DNA from: Adineta vaga
Lineage: Eukaryota > Animalia > Rotifera
Assembly (NCBI GenBank): GCA_021613535.1
Contig: CP075492.1
Span: forward strand, 6,820,001-6,884,000
Direction of reading: 5' to 3'
DNA: 64,000 nt
How positions within the stretch are numbered: the stretch's first letter is position 1; each line of letters begins with the position of its first letter. Below the pieces are notes generated by a model. It was not told where the DNA came from and ran no database searches. It was given only the letters and a program-made list of their open reading frames with translations. Made by a program: the position numbers and the translations under genes. This document shows positions 9,825-23,335 of the stretch, one piece after another.

Positions 9825-10929
9825 TCAGAGAAGAATCTTTGTGACAATTTTTGATATAAGAGGCTCTAGCGCTAATGGAGCTACGCTTTTCTTTATTGCT
9901 TCATACCATGTATTGCATCGTTCTAACATAAAACAGTCACTTATATACCCTTCCGAAAGAGAAAAGGACAAATGATTACAAGGATAGAATACGGAATAAG
10001 GACGAAGTGCAAAGTAAGGACAAATATAAGCATGTGACGTTTTCCACTGATTCACCACATTCTGACTACTATCTAAGAATATTAAAAAGACAAAAATAAA
10101 GTTTGTTTTTGCTTCAGTTAATTTCGCTATATATTCATCTTCTTTTGATGATCCAGTAAAACGTTTGAACAATAAACCTTTGTTGAAATAATTTGATATT
10201 CCTGGTCGTTCTAGCATCACCTTTTCTAATTTGACCAAAGCTTGACGATCATCTTCACCAGGTAACATTTTTTCAGTATAATCTCGTGCAAGTGTAAATG
10301 CTTCGAAGACGAAATAATCAGCGATAGTTGGTTCTGTTTGATCATAGAAAAACGATGTTGAACTTTTTTTCAATAAATTATTCAATGCTTTCAAATCATT
10401 TGGAACCTTTTTTGTCATACGATTCATCGGGTTACTTTCAGTAACAAAATCAGCAGCACTCCAAATACATGTTAAAACATTTGAGATGATATCAGTATAT
10501 GCACATGAAACAACACCATCAATATATCCGTGTAGAACATCTTCTTCATCGATTGATGATGTTAATTTACCATATAAATCAAATTTTCGTGCTAAATATT
10601 GTCCTGTGAAAAATAAAAGAGATAAAAAATATCTAAAGTTTATAATCATATGTATTAAACGTACCAATAGGTAAAGTTTGGGCAAAAATATGTTTATCGT
10701 TCCAATGAAGAACAGGTAAATTGCGGAAAGGACCAGATATATTTTCATCAGCTTTATGTTGTACCCATGATTCGAGTGCCTTTTCAATTAATTCAAAATC
10801 TTCTTGATAATCGACATTTTTATTCGTTGCAGCAATATCTGCTAACATATATCGAACAGATTGAACGCGACCACGAGCATTCCAATAACGAAGTCGAATT
10901 TTGATAGGTTCTGATGTTTTTGTAGACAT
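9825..10929 (-). CDS. Glutathione S-transferase (2 exons; 3' end uncertain)
   Basis: N-terminal RYWNARGRVQSVRYML, F-x-NLP and AQTLPI motifs; intron 10604-10664; C-domain EPTIADYFVFE. GST-like sequence ends near 10100, but the frame stays open to 9825. Confidence 0.85.
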
Positions 10930-11214
10930 AATATTCACTGTCGAGGAAAAATAACAAATGTACACGTTTTATGTCGAGGAGTGTCATTTAAAGGATGAAA
11001 AAAAACATCGACAACAGCATGACTAGGCGTTTTTTCCTCTTATCCTCTAGTTTATCTTGTAAATAGGTCACTAACACAGTTATGAGTTATCAAGAGACCA
11101 TCTATTTACTGAATTTATAAGTATATATTTTTATTATCAAAAACAAAAAGATGTTCTGTTTCAATTAAAACGAATATTACAAAATTTGAATTTTTCTTCG
11201 ATGTTTTTTTTTTT

Positions 11215-14148
11215 CTATACATAAAGACTATCTGATGTAAATGCTGATGTATCTAGATTCGTAATTTGATGATGTTCAACTAAGGCATATAATTGTTCGA
11301 AACGTTTGAGACTATCTTGATAGGCTTGTTGTGATGAATGTATTGAATCTACCGATGCAGATGGTGGTCGAATAGTTAATTGTTGTACATGATCCGATGA
11401 AATATCCGATGATCCATAAACACCTTCATCGATATCAGGACCAATCAGTCGATTATTTAAATGTGTTAAATATCTTTGAACCTAAACAATTTCATGTTGA
11501 TAAGATTACTTTTCGATAGAGACGAGAAAAACGGTTTTAAATTACCTTTTCGGAATAATCAAAATCACTTTGATGGATACCGCTCGGCTTGATTACTTTC
11601 ATATCTACTGCTGCTGCTTGTTGAACTCCATATTGATAGACACGATTCGATGAATTCTTAAAGAACAAAGAAATTTAATCGTATTTTGTTTTCTTGAAGG
11701 AAAAGAAATTGAAGAGATTAATGTAGCATACAATCATTAATCTATATATAAACATACATATCGTCTATTCAAATGAAGCAAGGTCAAATAACAATAGAAA
11801 ATCAGTTATGGGTGTCAAAATAAGAAAACAATTCAATGTAAGAAACTTTCACTCTGATCATTTCGTTCGCACTATCCAAAAGACATGTGAACGTGATCAG
11901 TTATTATCATATTTGTTCGTATTACGTTTCCTTATTCCTATTCAAATACGTAAATTCTTTTGATCATCTAATAGGAAAAATGATCTAACTGTGTCTATTT
12001 GTTTTTTTTCTTCTCCCAATAGCAAATAGAGTAACTTACCAATCTATCGTCGAAAATTTCGATTGTTGTCTTTTGCGATGAACCTGTTCGTTCATTTGAA
12101 CTTGTTGTACTACCATTCGATGATGAATTGGGAATGGATTTGTTCGATGGATTTCTTTGTTTTCTTCGTAAGATAAAGGCGATTAGAAAACATACGGAAA
12201 TTAAGATTGCAGCAAGAAAAATAATAATAAAAAATGTAATAAATAAGACTAAAGTTGTATTTTCCATTGGCAAACTTTTTGTTAACATTGTTTCATTGAT
12301 TGAATGTATTCGAATGGGTATCGATATTGTATTCGTTAGATTTCCACTATCATAAACAGTGACATTAATGATAAATGTTCCTGGCATGTCAGGCATTGAA
12401 CGAAGAATTAATGTTCCATTATTAATTAGATTTATATCGAGCGATGGTGAAACGGTGTATGAATATGAGAAAATATTCGATTGAGAATGATCACGATCTT
12501 GAATGATGAATTGAGTAAGAATAAATGGAACATCAGTTGTTTCATAAGGAATTAATAATGATTGATTAACAGGTAATGAAGAAATAATCTCAGGTGGATT
12601 ATCATTACAATCTTCAATCAATAGATGAAGTAATGTAGATGAGGATAAAGATGGAATACCAAAATCAACACATTGTAAATGAATAACAACTGATTGTTCA
12701 CTTTCATAATCGAATGATGAAGAATTTGTTGTTTGTAATGAATATGCATTTGTTGTCAAATAGATTAGATTTAAACGAGTATCATTCAATGTACAACTTA
12801 CACGACCATTATCACCAGAATCTTCATCAGTAATATAAATATACAATAAAGGTGTATCTAGATAGATAGATTTATATTTCGAAAGTCATGTTTTCCAAAA
12901 CTATATCTTACGTACCTTTTAATGTACATTCTGGTAGATTGATCAAACGATTATTCATTTTAGTTCCATTAACTTCAGTTAATAAAACATCTGGAGAATG
13001 ATCATTAACATCTGTTACATCAATAATCAATGTTGCATAATTGGTCAGCTGTGGCACACCATTATCTTGTGCTATAAAATTGGTAATTGAACAAGTAAAA
13101 GAATCGATTAAAAAAATCTACCTTTTATTGTGAATGAATATGTTCGTATTTTTTCATAATCTAAAGATTTCTTCAAGTAGATTTCACCTGTCTGTTGATT
13201 GATGATAAATGTTGATGAATGATCATCGATTGAATACGTTATTCGAGCATTCTCATTCTCATCTCGATCAGTTGCATGAATTTTTAAAATAATCGAATCA
13301 ATTGGATAATTTTCTGGAAGTGATTTTTGATATATCATTTGTTCAAAGATCGGAGCATTATCATTAACACTAAGAATGAATTCTAAGTTTTTCAACGAAA
13401 ACAGTAACCAAAAATACTTGACTTACTCAGTTATCATAACTTCAATACTTTGTTCTCCCGATAATGCCGGTTGTCCACCATCATAAGCAATGAGTTTCAA
13501 TAAATAGCTTGATTTCATTTCACGATCTAACATTTCATTTAGTTTTAGAATGGGCTTCGAAGTTCTAATCAAACGAAATGGATTGATTCCGATTGGATAT
13601 AAATCATATTTTTGAATGGATAACAACCCATAATCATCATCAATTGCTGAATCTAATGGAATTTCATAACCAATCGGAACATTTTCTGCAATTGATAGTC
13701 TAATAATTGGTTGTTTAAATGTTGGTGAATGATCATTGATATCTATAAGTAGACAAACAGAAAAGCAAAGAAGAGGAAATTGAAGAATACATTATCAAAA
13801 ATATTTACCTTCAATGATAATTTGAATTGTTCGAATAGAAATATTACTTGGTGAAAATGTTTGTAAGAAACTCAAATTTACCAAACATTCCGAACAATTA
13901 CAAAGTTTTTTTTCACAAAATTCTTCTCGATCAATTACTTGATTTGTGGTATATAATGAGTGATCAGAATGAAGATTGAAATGCGTTTGAAATGAATAGG
14001 ATGATGGTAACCATTGAAGAATAGACGATGAAGAAATCGTTGGAAATAATAATGTATTTGATGGAAGTTCTTCATGAATATTTATTATTGAAGTGTTATT
14101 TTCAAAGGCAAATACGGAGATGAATAGAAGAAAATATAGGAGCAACAT
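11215..14148 (-). CDS. Protocadherin-like cell adhesion protein (multi-exon)
   Basis: Signal peptide; cadherin motifs IDREEFCE, DINDHSP, LDREM, VNDNAP, LDYE, DVNDHSP, DCNDNPP; TM helix at ~12170-12250; cytoplasmic tail ends SLYV-stop at 11215. Confidence 0.9.
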
Positions 14149-16234
14149 TTCCAATCTGAAAAGTTTATCAATGGATTATAATTTTTTTTTGAAATATCGG
14201 ACCGTTTGAATTTGATGAACAAAGACAAGTGAACGTTTTTTCTTACCTGATTTAAGATCGTCTACGTTACTGATTTATGAAAGGTATCAATGCGATTTGA
14301 AGTAAACACTTTATGAAATTGCTCTTGAGCTGAACACAGCAGGAATGATGGTCACAACTGTCCATTCGTTCTTTTGTATATGTATACACGAGCTGGTTCC
14401 CTCCTCTCTTTTCTTGTTCTCTGTTCAATCGAAAGGAATAAAATGAACTTTCTCTTCTTCTCATTTTCTTTCTTTACTCATTAGATTTAATCACATTTCG
14501 ATTCACCGTTTCAACTAAACCAATCGAGAGAATTTAATTGATTTTTTCCTTTCTCTCCCTCTCTCTTCTCGAGATGATACACCGTGAATAACAGGTGCAG
14601 ATATTAACCTTTGTCACGATTTTTTTTATCTTCTACTGGTGAACGCGGGTGAACATCAGAGATCACTGTCATGTATGAAGATGACATCATAAACATACAC
14701 TCGATTGATCTACTGAGAGATGTCTAGTGTCTAGGTGTTTGATGATCGGCATTCACACATATACTTGAAAAAAAACATCATAATACATGTATTTAGTGGA
14801 CTTTAGGGAGCGAACAAATCGAAATCAATTATTCGACATTGTTTTTTGATTATTTAGACAAAATGACCATATGTCTATATGTCAAGCAATTATAGAATAG
14901 ATGTGTTTTTTCTATTCTCAGTACTCAATGTATCGTTTACAACGAAAGAGAGAACGCACACAACGGGATATTCTGATTTTCAATTTTATAATTACTCAGA
15001 TGAAAACGAAGTCATATGGGATAATTGATATCCTCATTTGTTAACAATATAAGTCACGAAAACGAACAGCATGTGCATCTTATATTCATTCATTTAGATC
15101 ATCTTATTTCCACATGTCTTGTTTTTTTTTTGTTGAAAATATTACCTGAAACTTTGTTAAACACCGATGAATTCACGTGATTGAGAGAGTAGAGAAAATA
15201 TCACATTATTGTTTCATTCGTGATCATAATTTAACAATCGCATGTTTGAAAAATATTTTGACCCGCACAATTGAAATGCGCGTGTGAGTGTCTTTGTGTC
15301 ACTTAATAGAGACATATACACAAATAGAAAACAAAAGATTTGATTCCATTCATTTGTCAAGTATAATTTACATTTTCGTACCGCTTATATGTCTGTACGT
15401 TCAATGAGTCTGTGTTTGTATGTTTTAACTCATTAGAAGAAAGAAGAAAAAGAAAACTTCGTTGGGAGCATATTTGTCATCTTACAACAGTCGCAAAAGA
15501 ATTGAACAAAAGGATCAAACGTAAGGCTAAAGATGATGATTGTTGTGCACAGATGCCGATAAGAGACTAACTCGTATTGACTTTCGTTTCTTCCAAATGA
15601 TACATTGACATAATTGGATTTTATTTTCTTATACGATTAACATGTTGTTTTTTTTTAAGTTTTAGTTTTATTTGAAAATTATTTCCTTATTTGTTTCAGT
15701 ACATAACGATAGATCAAATTACTATTCATCATTTTCTAATTGACATACATGTGCATTCATGTCAATACATATCTGATCTGTCAAGAGTAAAGGATTAAAG
15801 TTCATCAACAGCTTTTTATTTGTCTAAACGTGAACTTCATAGTTAGAAATGAACAAATGTTTGTAGAGAATAAATTTTCGATTCAATGAATATAACTTTT
15901 TATTTATTCTAATGACCTAGAATTTAAGAAAATGAATTCAACTGAATACATATACTTCTCATAATAGAGACATCAGTACAGACAATACATAGATCAGATA
16001 GAAGATATATGTGTGTCGAAAACTAATTAACCTATAATATGAATTTAATCATATTTGATCGAGAGATTGTTTATCAAACTAATATAGAATCCGATGAGAT
16101 GATCTATTTTTTTGTTAGATCATGAATATCAAGGAGAAAAAATTGTTTTCTATATTCATCTATAGTACAAAGTAAGATTTTTTTATTTGAAAAATCAAGT
16201 GAAACAAATAAAACATAAGATTTCCTATTTTGAA

Positions 16235-17280
16235 TTAATTTTTCATTTGTTGAGCATATGCTGATAAATAAGCTCGATCATATTCAATCGTACATGATAC
16301 ATCCGACCAAAAATTATCGAATGTTGCTAAGATTGTTTTAATCGAGAGAGCAGCTGTAAAACATCGAAGATTTTCTAAGATTACAACTTGTAAATGGCCA
16401 ATTAACTTTTTCAATTGATAACCATTATCAAAATCTTCACCCATGGATGAACCAGATAATTCTAAACTTTCTAAATTTGGCATTGATTTAATTAAATCTC
16501 CTAAATGAATATATGAAACAAAATGAATTTCTAATTTTAAATGTACAAGATTGATCATCATTGGCAATGGTACTGAAGTTAATGTTGTATCTTCTGGTCC
16601 AAAATTAGTTAATTTCATATTTAAATATTGTAAATTCGGTGTTTGTATAAGAAGATTACTTAAACTATATAAAATACATCCAATAGTCATTTGTTCAATC
16701 TTTGTTTTTGAACCCCAAACAAAAAGAACATTTGTTTCTTCATCCGAATTTGTACATTCATAAGATTTTAATTCAGGTAAAATATTTCCACAAAAGATTG
16801 CTAATGTTAAAACATCAATTTCACCAATTGATTGAATACATAAATGTTTCAATGATTTTAAATTTGAAATGTATTTTACTACAGATGCTTTGTCTATAGG
16901 AGAGAAATAGAATATTTTCCGAAAGAAGAACGAATTTAATTTGTTTTACCTTTTCTAATACGAACTCGACGAAGTCGCAAGGATTGAAGAGCAAATAAAT
17001 CACTTTCTCGACATGCAAACATAAACATTCGGATATGTTTGTCATGAATTAGTGTAATTGCTGTTAAAGAATTTGCCATTGGAGACCATATTGAACTTTT
17101 GAACATATCTTTATCACGTATATATTTTGAATTTAATTTCAAATTCAATTGATGATCTTTTACTAAACGATTGAAACGATTGTTTAAGTTATTAAAAGCT
17201 TTGAATAAGTGATAAGCATCAAAATATTCGAAAATTTCCAGGATAATTTCATTACTTAAGATTTCGAGTACTTTCACCAT
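16235..17280 (-). CDS. F-box/LRR-like protein (2 exons)
   Basis: N-terminal LEILSNEIILEIFEYF...FNNLNNRFNRL F-box-like motif; intron 16894-16949; degenerate LRRs (PNLQYL, PNLESLEL). Confidence 0.8.
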
Positions 17281-18594
17281 TGCAACGTATGACGAATATC
17301 GTATCGTCTTCTTCAACTGTTTCCATAATCGTATGTTTATTATCATTCATGATTGGTCTATACAAATTTGGACAAAGAATTTTAAAAAATGATTCAAAAC
17401 ACCCATGGTGGCGCTAGCAGTAACAAAAAAGCAATGATAACTGATCGAAGATTCATTTGAAATTGAAAAATTCTCGCAGATATTATATAGAAATGAAAAT
17501 GAATCGAAAAAATCTCATCAGAATCGTTCAAATAAATATCAGCTATTATTAATCATTATCAATGGTTTTTCACATAAGCAAATTGACTTCATATTTTTTG
17601 TTTTTGTTTTTTCGTCCAAAATATCATTTTACCATATACATTCTTTCTTTTCGTACGTACAATCGGCATAGACATAGAAAAATAAAAGCCAGTAAGATGT
17701 TTATATCGATAGTATGCAAACAGAAAAACTAGTGATGAGAATGAAAAACGCGGTCAAAATAGTCTCTTATTCCGTTTTTCTCTCTTTCCTTTTCTCTAGG
17801 CATACACGCGTGCACACAATATTTATCTCTTTTGTCGATTGCGAGAAAGAAAAAGAACGACAACGTACTCAGATGATTTTTTCTTCTTTTCTACTACTAA
17901 ACCAAAGAAGAAAAACAGTCGGTGACGAACGACTACGAGTCTAGATCATTTCATATCGCTAAACGGAGTGTTTGAGAAGTAGAAAAACATCACATCGCTA
18001 GATTTTCTATTATCATTCGTACAGAAAAGAAACTTGTCCTCATAATCTTCTTTAGTGAGGAACACATTTCATATCAGTAAATGTTTTTTCTCTTGAGATA
18101 AAGACTTTGCGATGTAATTTGTTGCTGACAAGAAGAACAAAACACATTCTATTGTGCTTTTTGTTTTTGATGACCTTGTTATCAACATCTTACTTAGTAA
18201 TGATAAAAATATCGAAAGAAGATTTCATATTCGAGAAATATTTATTTAAGTCTCGATTTAATCATTTGTAATTAGTTATACATCGTGACATGCACTTTGA
18301 GTTCGAAAATTGGAACAATAGTCTTTTGTTTCATCGTTCCTATGAATGAGCATAGTCAATGAGAATTGTTAGCATTTACTATATTATATGAGAGCGATTC
18401 GTCGACGTTACATGTATGAAATAGAGTGCATGCTTGTATGTTATCTTATCATATATAGAAAAAAAGAAAAATAGATGGTCTGATCTTCGTAAACATTTAT
18501 GTTCTTATATAGTTATATATGTATTCTCTTATTTAGTAGATTAATAGCATCAGGTGTGCGATATTTATTCATAATATTTTATTCAACTTCAATC

Positions 18595-19407
18595 ATGTCC
18601 TCGCCGTATTATCGCTTTATTTTTGAACATTTCAAAATGGAAATACCATATACGAATGAAATAATGCATCTCTATCCACCATGGACATACGTGATATCAT
18701 TAGGATCATGTTTGTTTTATCTATTCTTAATTACAATGATATTTCCATTATTTACATCGAAATTATCATCGAAATTTAAGGAATCATTTGCAAAAATTCA
18801 TCATGCATTATTATTCGTATATTCTCTCTTTTCATTTCTTGCAGCTCTCTATCATCTTGTTGTAACCGGAGAAATCACCAGTTGGTCACGAATTATCTGT
18901 GAGCCCTTACCTCCGTGGCTTCGTGCAATATCAATTACATTTACATTATCAAAAATATGGGAATGGATTGATACAGCAATTCTTATCTGGAAAGGACATT
19001 CATTGAAAAAGATTGGTTTTCTTCATACTTATCATCATGCAACAACATTTTTATTAATGTTATGTGTCATGAATTTACCTGGTCCAGAAAAATGTGGAAT
19101 GTTACTGAATGGTTTTGTTCATGTTCTTATGTATTATCATTTTGCTTTTCGTCTATCGAAAATCTTTCGACCGATTATAACAGGATTACAAATTATACAA
19201 TTGATAACATTAACATATATGTGGCATATTGTACCTGATCTTTGTCCAAATTATCGCACTTTTCCTCGTGATCATTTGATTATTTTTCTAATTCCGTATG
19301 CTTTAGTACCAGTTTATTGTTTGTTTTTCTTTAAATTTTTCATCGAACAATATCTTTTTTCGTCATCCGAAAAAGTCAAATCTTCTGTCAGTCGGAAAAA
19401 AGAATAA
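18595..19407 (+). CDS. Fatty acid elongase, GNS1/SUR4 (ELOVL) family, intronless
   Basis: Motifs SKIWEWIDT, FLHTYHH, NGFVHVLMYYHF, ITGLQIIQ; multiple TM helices; C-terminal RKKE ER-retrieval-like signal. Confidence 0.92.
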   Translation: MSSPYYRFIFEHFKMEIPYTNEIMHLYPPWTYVISLGSCLFYLFLITMIFPLFTSKLSSKFKESFAKIHHALLFVYSLFSFLAALYHLVVTGEITSWSRIICEPLPPWLRAISITFTLSKIWEWIDTAILIWKGHSLKKIGFLHTYHHATTFLLMLCVMNLPGPEKCGMLLNGFVHVLMYYHFAFRLSKIFRPIITGLQIIQLITLTYMWHIVPDLCPNYRTFPRDHLIIFLIPYALVPVYCLFFFKFFIEQYLFSSSEKVKSSVSRKKE

Positions 19408-19937
19408 AAAAAGAAGATTAGTTAATTCTATTTCCAAGTGTGGATTTAGTTCTATTTTTGATGTCATTACAAAATTCTTTAGTTAATAAATCACTAAGAT
19501 CATGTTTCTTCATACTTTATAACTTTAAGAACATTAATCGATATATCGTTCAATATAAACACAAACGTATAGATACATTTGCATAGAAGGATTTTTTTCC
19601 TCGAATGTTCTCTCATTGGAAAAAGATATTCTAAGTCGTGATAATTTTGAGAAGCGCTTAAGTAAAAATACTATATCATTCGGTTCATTGATGAAAAACA
19701 CATGACAAAATCGATTCGTAAGATCATTAACTCGAAAATGAACACATTTTCAATGATTAATAGTGAATCAGAGCACAACATCGACACACACCCATACCCT
19801 ATTTGCACACTCAAAATCGATTTCTTCAAAAGTTATTTTTCATGAACTAACGATACTATTTTATTTATTGTAAATCATGTTTACATTCAAATTAACAAAT
19901 ATAAAGACAAAAAATTGATCAGAATCTATGTATAGTT

Positions 19938-22508
19938 CTATGTTACTTTATTCCAGTTGATTTTCGTTGATTTCATCAATGTAATTAATCCAATAGGTAA
20001 ATTATCACTATCAATGAAGTCTAGCTGATTGAACGTACTTTTAATTTGTTCACCATAGTAACAAGCTAACCACAAAATACAATCATTACTGCCTGGATTT
20101 CGTCTTCCACGATGTCTAGGTGTGATTCCTTCTATTCCATCAAGAACATTTTGTATTTCATCATGGAAACTTTCAGCTATAATCGGCTCCGACATTTGAG
20201 TAATTCCTAACATTTCATGATACGTTTCGAACCAGTGCATATGGTGATTTTCACGATTTTTTACATATTCGTCAAAGGTGATTAACTTTCCATCTTGACG
20301 AATATACTCTTTTATCGCGTTACATCCTCGAGGTTTTACGGTTTGTTCATATTTTTCGACTAATTCAGCATACAATTCGACATCTTTCGCTGGTAACTGG
20401 TCGAAAGTAGTCATTACTGTGGAAAGTAACCAATCACGATAACTATACAAAGTAAGATAGATATGTTTTAGATCTAATCCACCTTGAACTAATGGCCAAT
20501 AGAACCAAGCTTCACAGAGTTGATCTGTTGAACAACTTGGAAATTGCTCTTGGATTCGTTTCGTAAGAATTATTAAAATATTTCCATCTGTTTCCGGAAA
20601 AATATATCGATGAATAAATTGGAATGTTTCAACCACCTGTTCGATATGGTATGTACCCAAAACATTGGCAAATCGACCAAAATTTCTCATAAAAAAAGAA
20701 ATATATTGATTATATATTTCAACCCATTCTAATATAGTCGATGCACTGATCAATCGAGTCTTCATTTCATCGAGAAATGGAACTACAGCTGGACGATCAA
20801 TGATAAAACGACCCGATGATTGTAAAATGAGAAGTCTCCATTTCAATTCTTTCAATGGCAGCACGGTACTACTTGTAGATTGAACAGTATGATTAGGGTT
20901 ATTCGATGGTTGAATTTGAACCGAACCACATTTTTCGGCATTGAATTTTAATCCCGACAATTGTACATATTCATTCATCAATAACCAAGCTTGTTCCACT
21001 TTAGCGGTATCGTAGTGAAAAAACCAAAAATCATCATGAAGACGATAATTAAAGATGCCTGTATTTCGATAGACGTAAAGATCCATACCAAAAATAAGTA
21101 ATTCAGAAAATAAGTAAGACATCGAATGTGAAATGGGCACACCACGTTGACGTTGACGAGGCACGTCTCCTGGTTTATAGTACACCGATTGTTTGAGAAA
21201 TCGATCAAAGAAATCGAGCCAGATTTGTGGCATGCCACACGATTCAAGAAAGATTTGAATAATTTCATGTGAAATCGATGGTCCAAACCATTCAAGATCA
21301 GTTGTAACTACAGTGAATGGTACAGTTGGTCTTAAAACTTGATGTAGTTGAATTTCAACATTAATTATATGAAATAGTTTCGTTTTTAAATCGAGAGAAG
21401 ATGTTTCTTCATAGGCAGCCAAGCCCGATTCACAATTACGTTCATCTGGTAATGACGCCATCCAATAATCATTCTGTTGCATTGTAAATCGTTCATTTTG
21501 AATGGAATTTGTTGCACATTTATTTCGTGCTTTTTTCGTTAATATTTGAAAAAGTTCTTTCAATTCCTTTTTAAAATGATAACTCCATTTCAAACCGATA
21601 TGTTCAAGAAAAATAGCAGTAAGAAAATCTTCTTCATAGTAACATCGATATTTTCCTGCTAAATTTCGACGAAAAATCCCACGAACACCTTCTGTTGTCC
21701 ATTTCCAATCGGTTAGCTCAGATATCATTAATGTTAATGATGATGCAAATTCATTCACAACATTGTCATCCAATTGTAGTTTTGTTAATAATCTTTTTCG
21801 ATATTCATCGAGTAAAGTTTGATTAAGTAGACTACTGATTGCTCGTCGAACAGCGTGCGACGAAACTTTTTCAGTCAGCAATATTTTACTGTATTTTTCT
21901 GTTTCGTGTTTAAACCGATGAAAAGCATGTTCAAATTTTTGTTCATCATCTACAGAAGAAAATAGTTTTGTCTGTAGAAAATGGCGCCATTGATCTAAAT
22001 CCAAATTTGGTCGTTCAAAAATAATTTTCTCTAAATGTTCATTAGTTAATAAACTATCTTTGGTTGTTGTCACTTCTAATGGTGTAAATTCATTTTGTTG
22101 TTTGGATAACCATTGTGACATGATAAGACCAAATAAATAGTTATATTCTGAACATTTTTTACCACCAACGATAACTTTTAGTAATTCTTGATATTAATTT
22201 TCAAGTAAATTTAATGACGTTGAAGTATTAGCTTTGGCAATAGTCATAAATGTATCGAAGTTTCTCAAATATCGTGCTTTACCATCTTCACCATACAAGC
22301 GTTCGATACTTTCACTTAACATTTGAATTTTATCGAAAAGTGAAATGGTAGAATCAGCTTTTTGTGACATAATTCGAGCATATTCTTCTTCGAATTTCAT
22401 TTTTCGTTGTTTAAAACGATCTAATTTCAATTTAGTCATCATACTTAATGCTTCACGATCAGGTGGTATAGAAATCACACTTCTATCTGTGTTCTTCATG
22501 GTAGACAT
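19938..22508 (-). pseudogene. rvt: rvt cellular reverse transcriptase interrupted by one in-frame TAA (22194-22196)
   Basis: ORFs 22194-22508 and 19938-22121 share a frame and are joined by 24 open codons (856 codons in total). rvt-type motifs RRNLAGKYRCYYEEDFLTAIFLEHIG, TDLEWFGPSISH, RGVPISHSMS and the catalytic YRLHDDFWF are present. No endonuclease, RNase H or LTRs. Confidence 0.88.
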
Positions 22509-22584
22509 TGTAGTGTAAACGTGCTTTCAATAGAATAGAAACAATGCTTTTATACTCTATGTAATTGCAAAATCTAAGAGGTAA

Positions 22585-22754
22585 GGGGTCAAGCACACTA
22601 TAACAAATAAAATACAATTAAAACAAAAATAAACACATGATTGGTTCATTCTTATTTAAGTCAGGTTCATTATCTGACTCAAACGTGAATTAATGAACAT
22701 CATTGGTCAATTCTGCTTTAATTCTGTTTTATTTTTTATAGTGTGTTTGACCCC
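22585..22754. mobile_element. PIF/Harbinger (Tourist-like) MITE, 170 bp, TAA target-site duplication
   Basis: TAA|GGGGTCAAGCACACTATAA...TTATAGTGTGTTTGACCCC|TAA with long imperfect TIRs. Confidence 0.85.
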
Positions 22755-23335
22755 TAATTCCCATTGGCATATGCTACGAAGGGAAATCTCCTCTATTCTG
22801 ATTGTTATATCATGACGTCATGTTCTCTCCATGTGTCATGTGTGTTCTCTAATCTTCTTGGTCTTTTCTCAAATTTATATAAACCCGATGCTTATAAATA
22901 ATAAAAACCTCTTGTCTACAAGTACATATCGATATAGTATTCTTCTATCGCTGTCAATCGAGTAGTTGAACATCAATACTTCACAAGAGAGATATAATAT
23001 TCACGTTGCCTCAGTCAAATATGATGTACTTGTTATGAAACTTTCACTTGTGCAAGGATAATTACAGTAACTCAATGTATAAGAATTTTTCAATATCGAA
23101 GATTCGTATATTTGATGAAAAACCTACTAACTATTGTATTGTATGTAATTATTGGTTATTTATTTGTTATAGTAAAAATAAGTGAAGAACGAAACAATGT
23201 GACTATTCATAAACAATATTTCTTTCTTCAGATTCAATCGATCGATACGATTAACTATGCACAACATGGACAAGGTAGAACAACAAATAGTAAGCACTCA
23301 TATAAATTCAGAAAAAAAAATCATTTGCTGATATT

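Noticed and set aside
14250-16200. Long non-coding stretch as a possible ncRNA locus
   Set aside because: Looks like protocadherin 5' UTR and regulatory DNA; no tRNA, rRNA or snRNA signature recognised.
19938-22508. RT as a retrotransposon, retron or bacterial defence RT
   Set aside because: No endonuclease, integrase, LTR, poly(A) or ncRNA features; motifs fit rvt.
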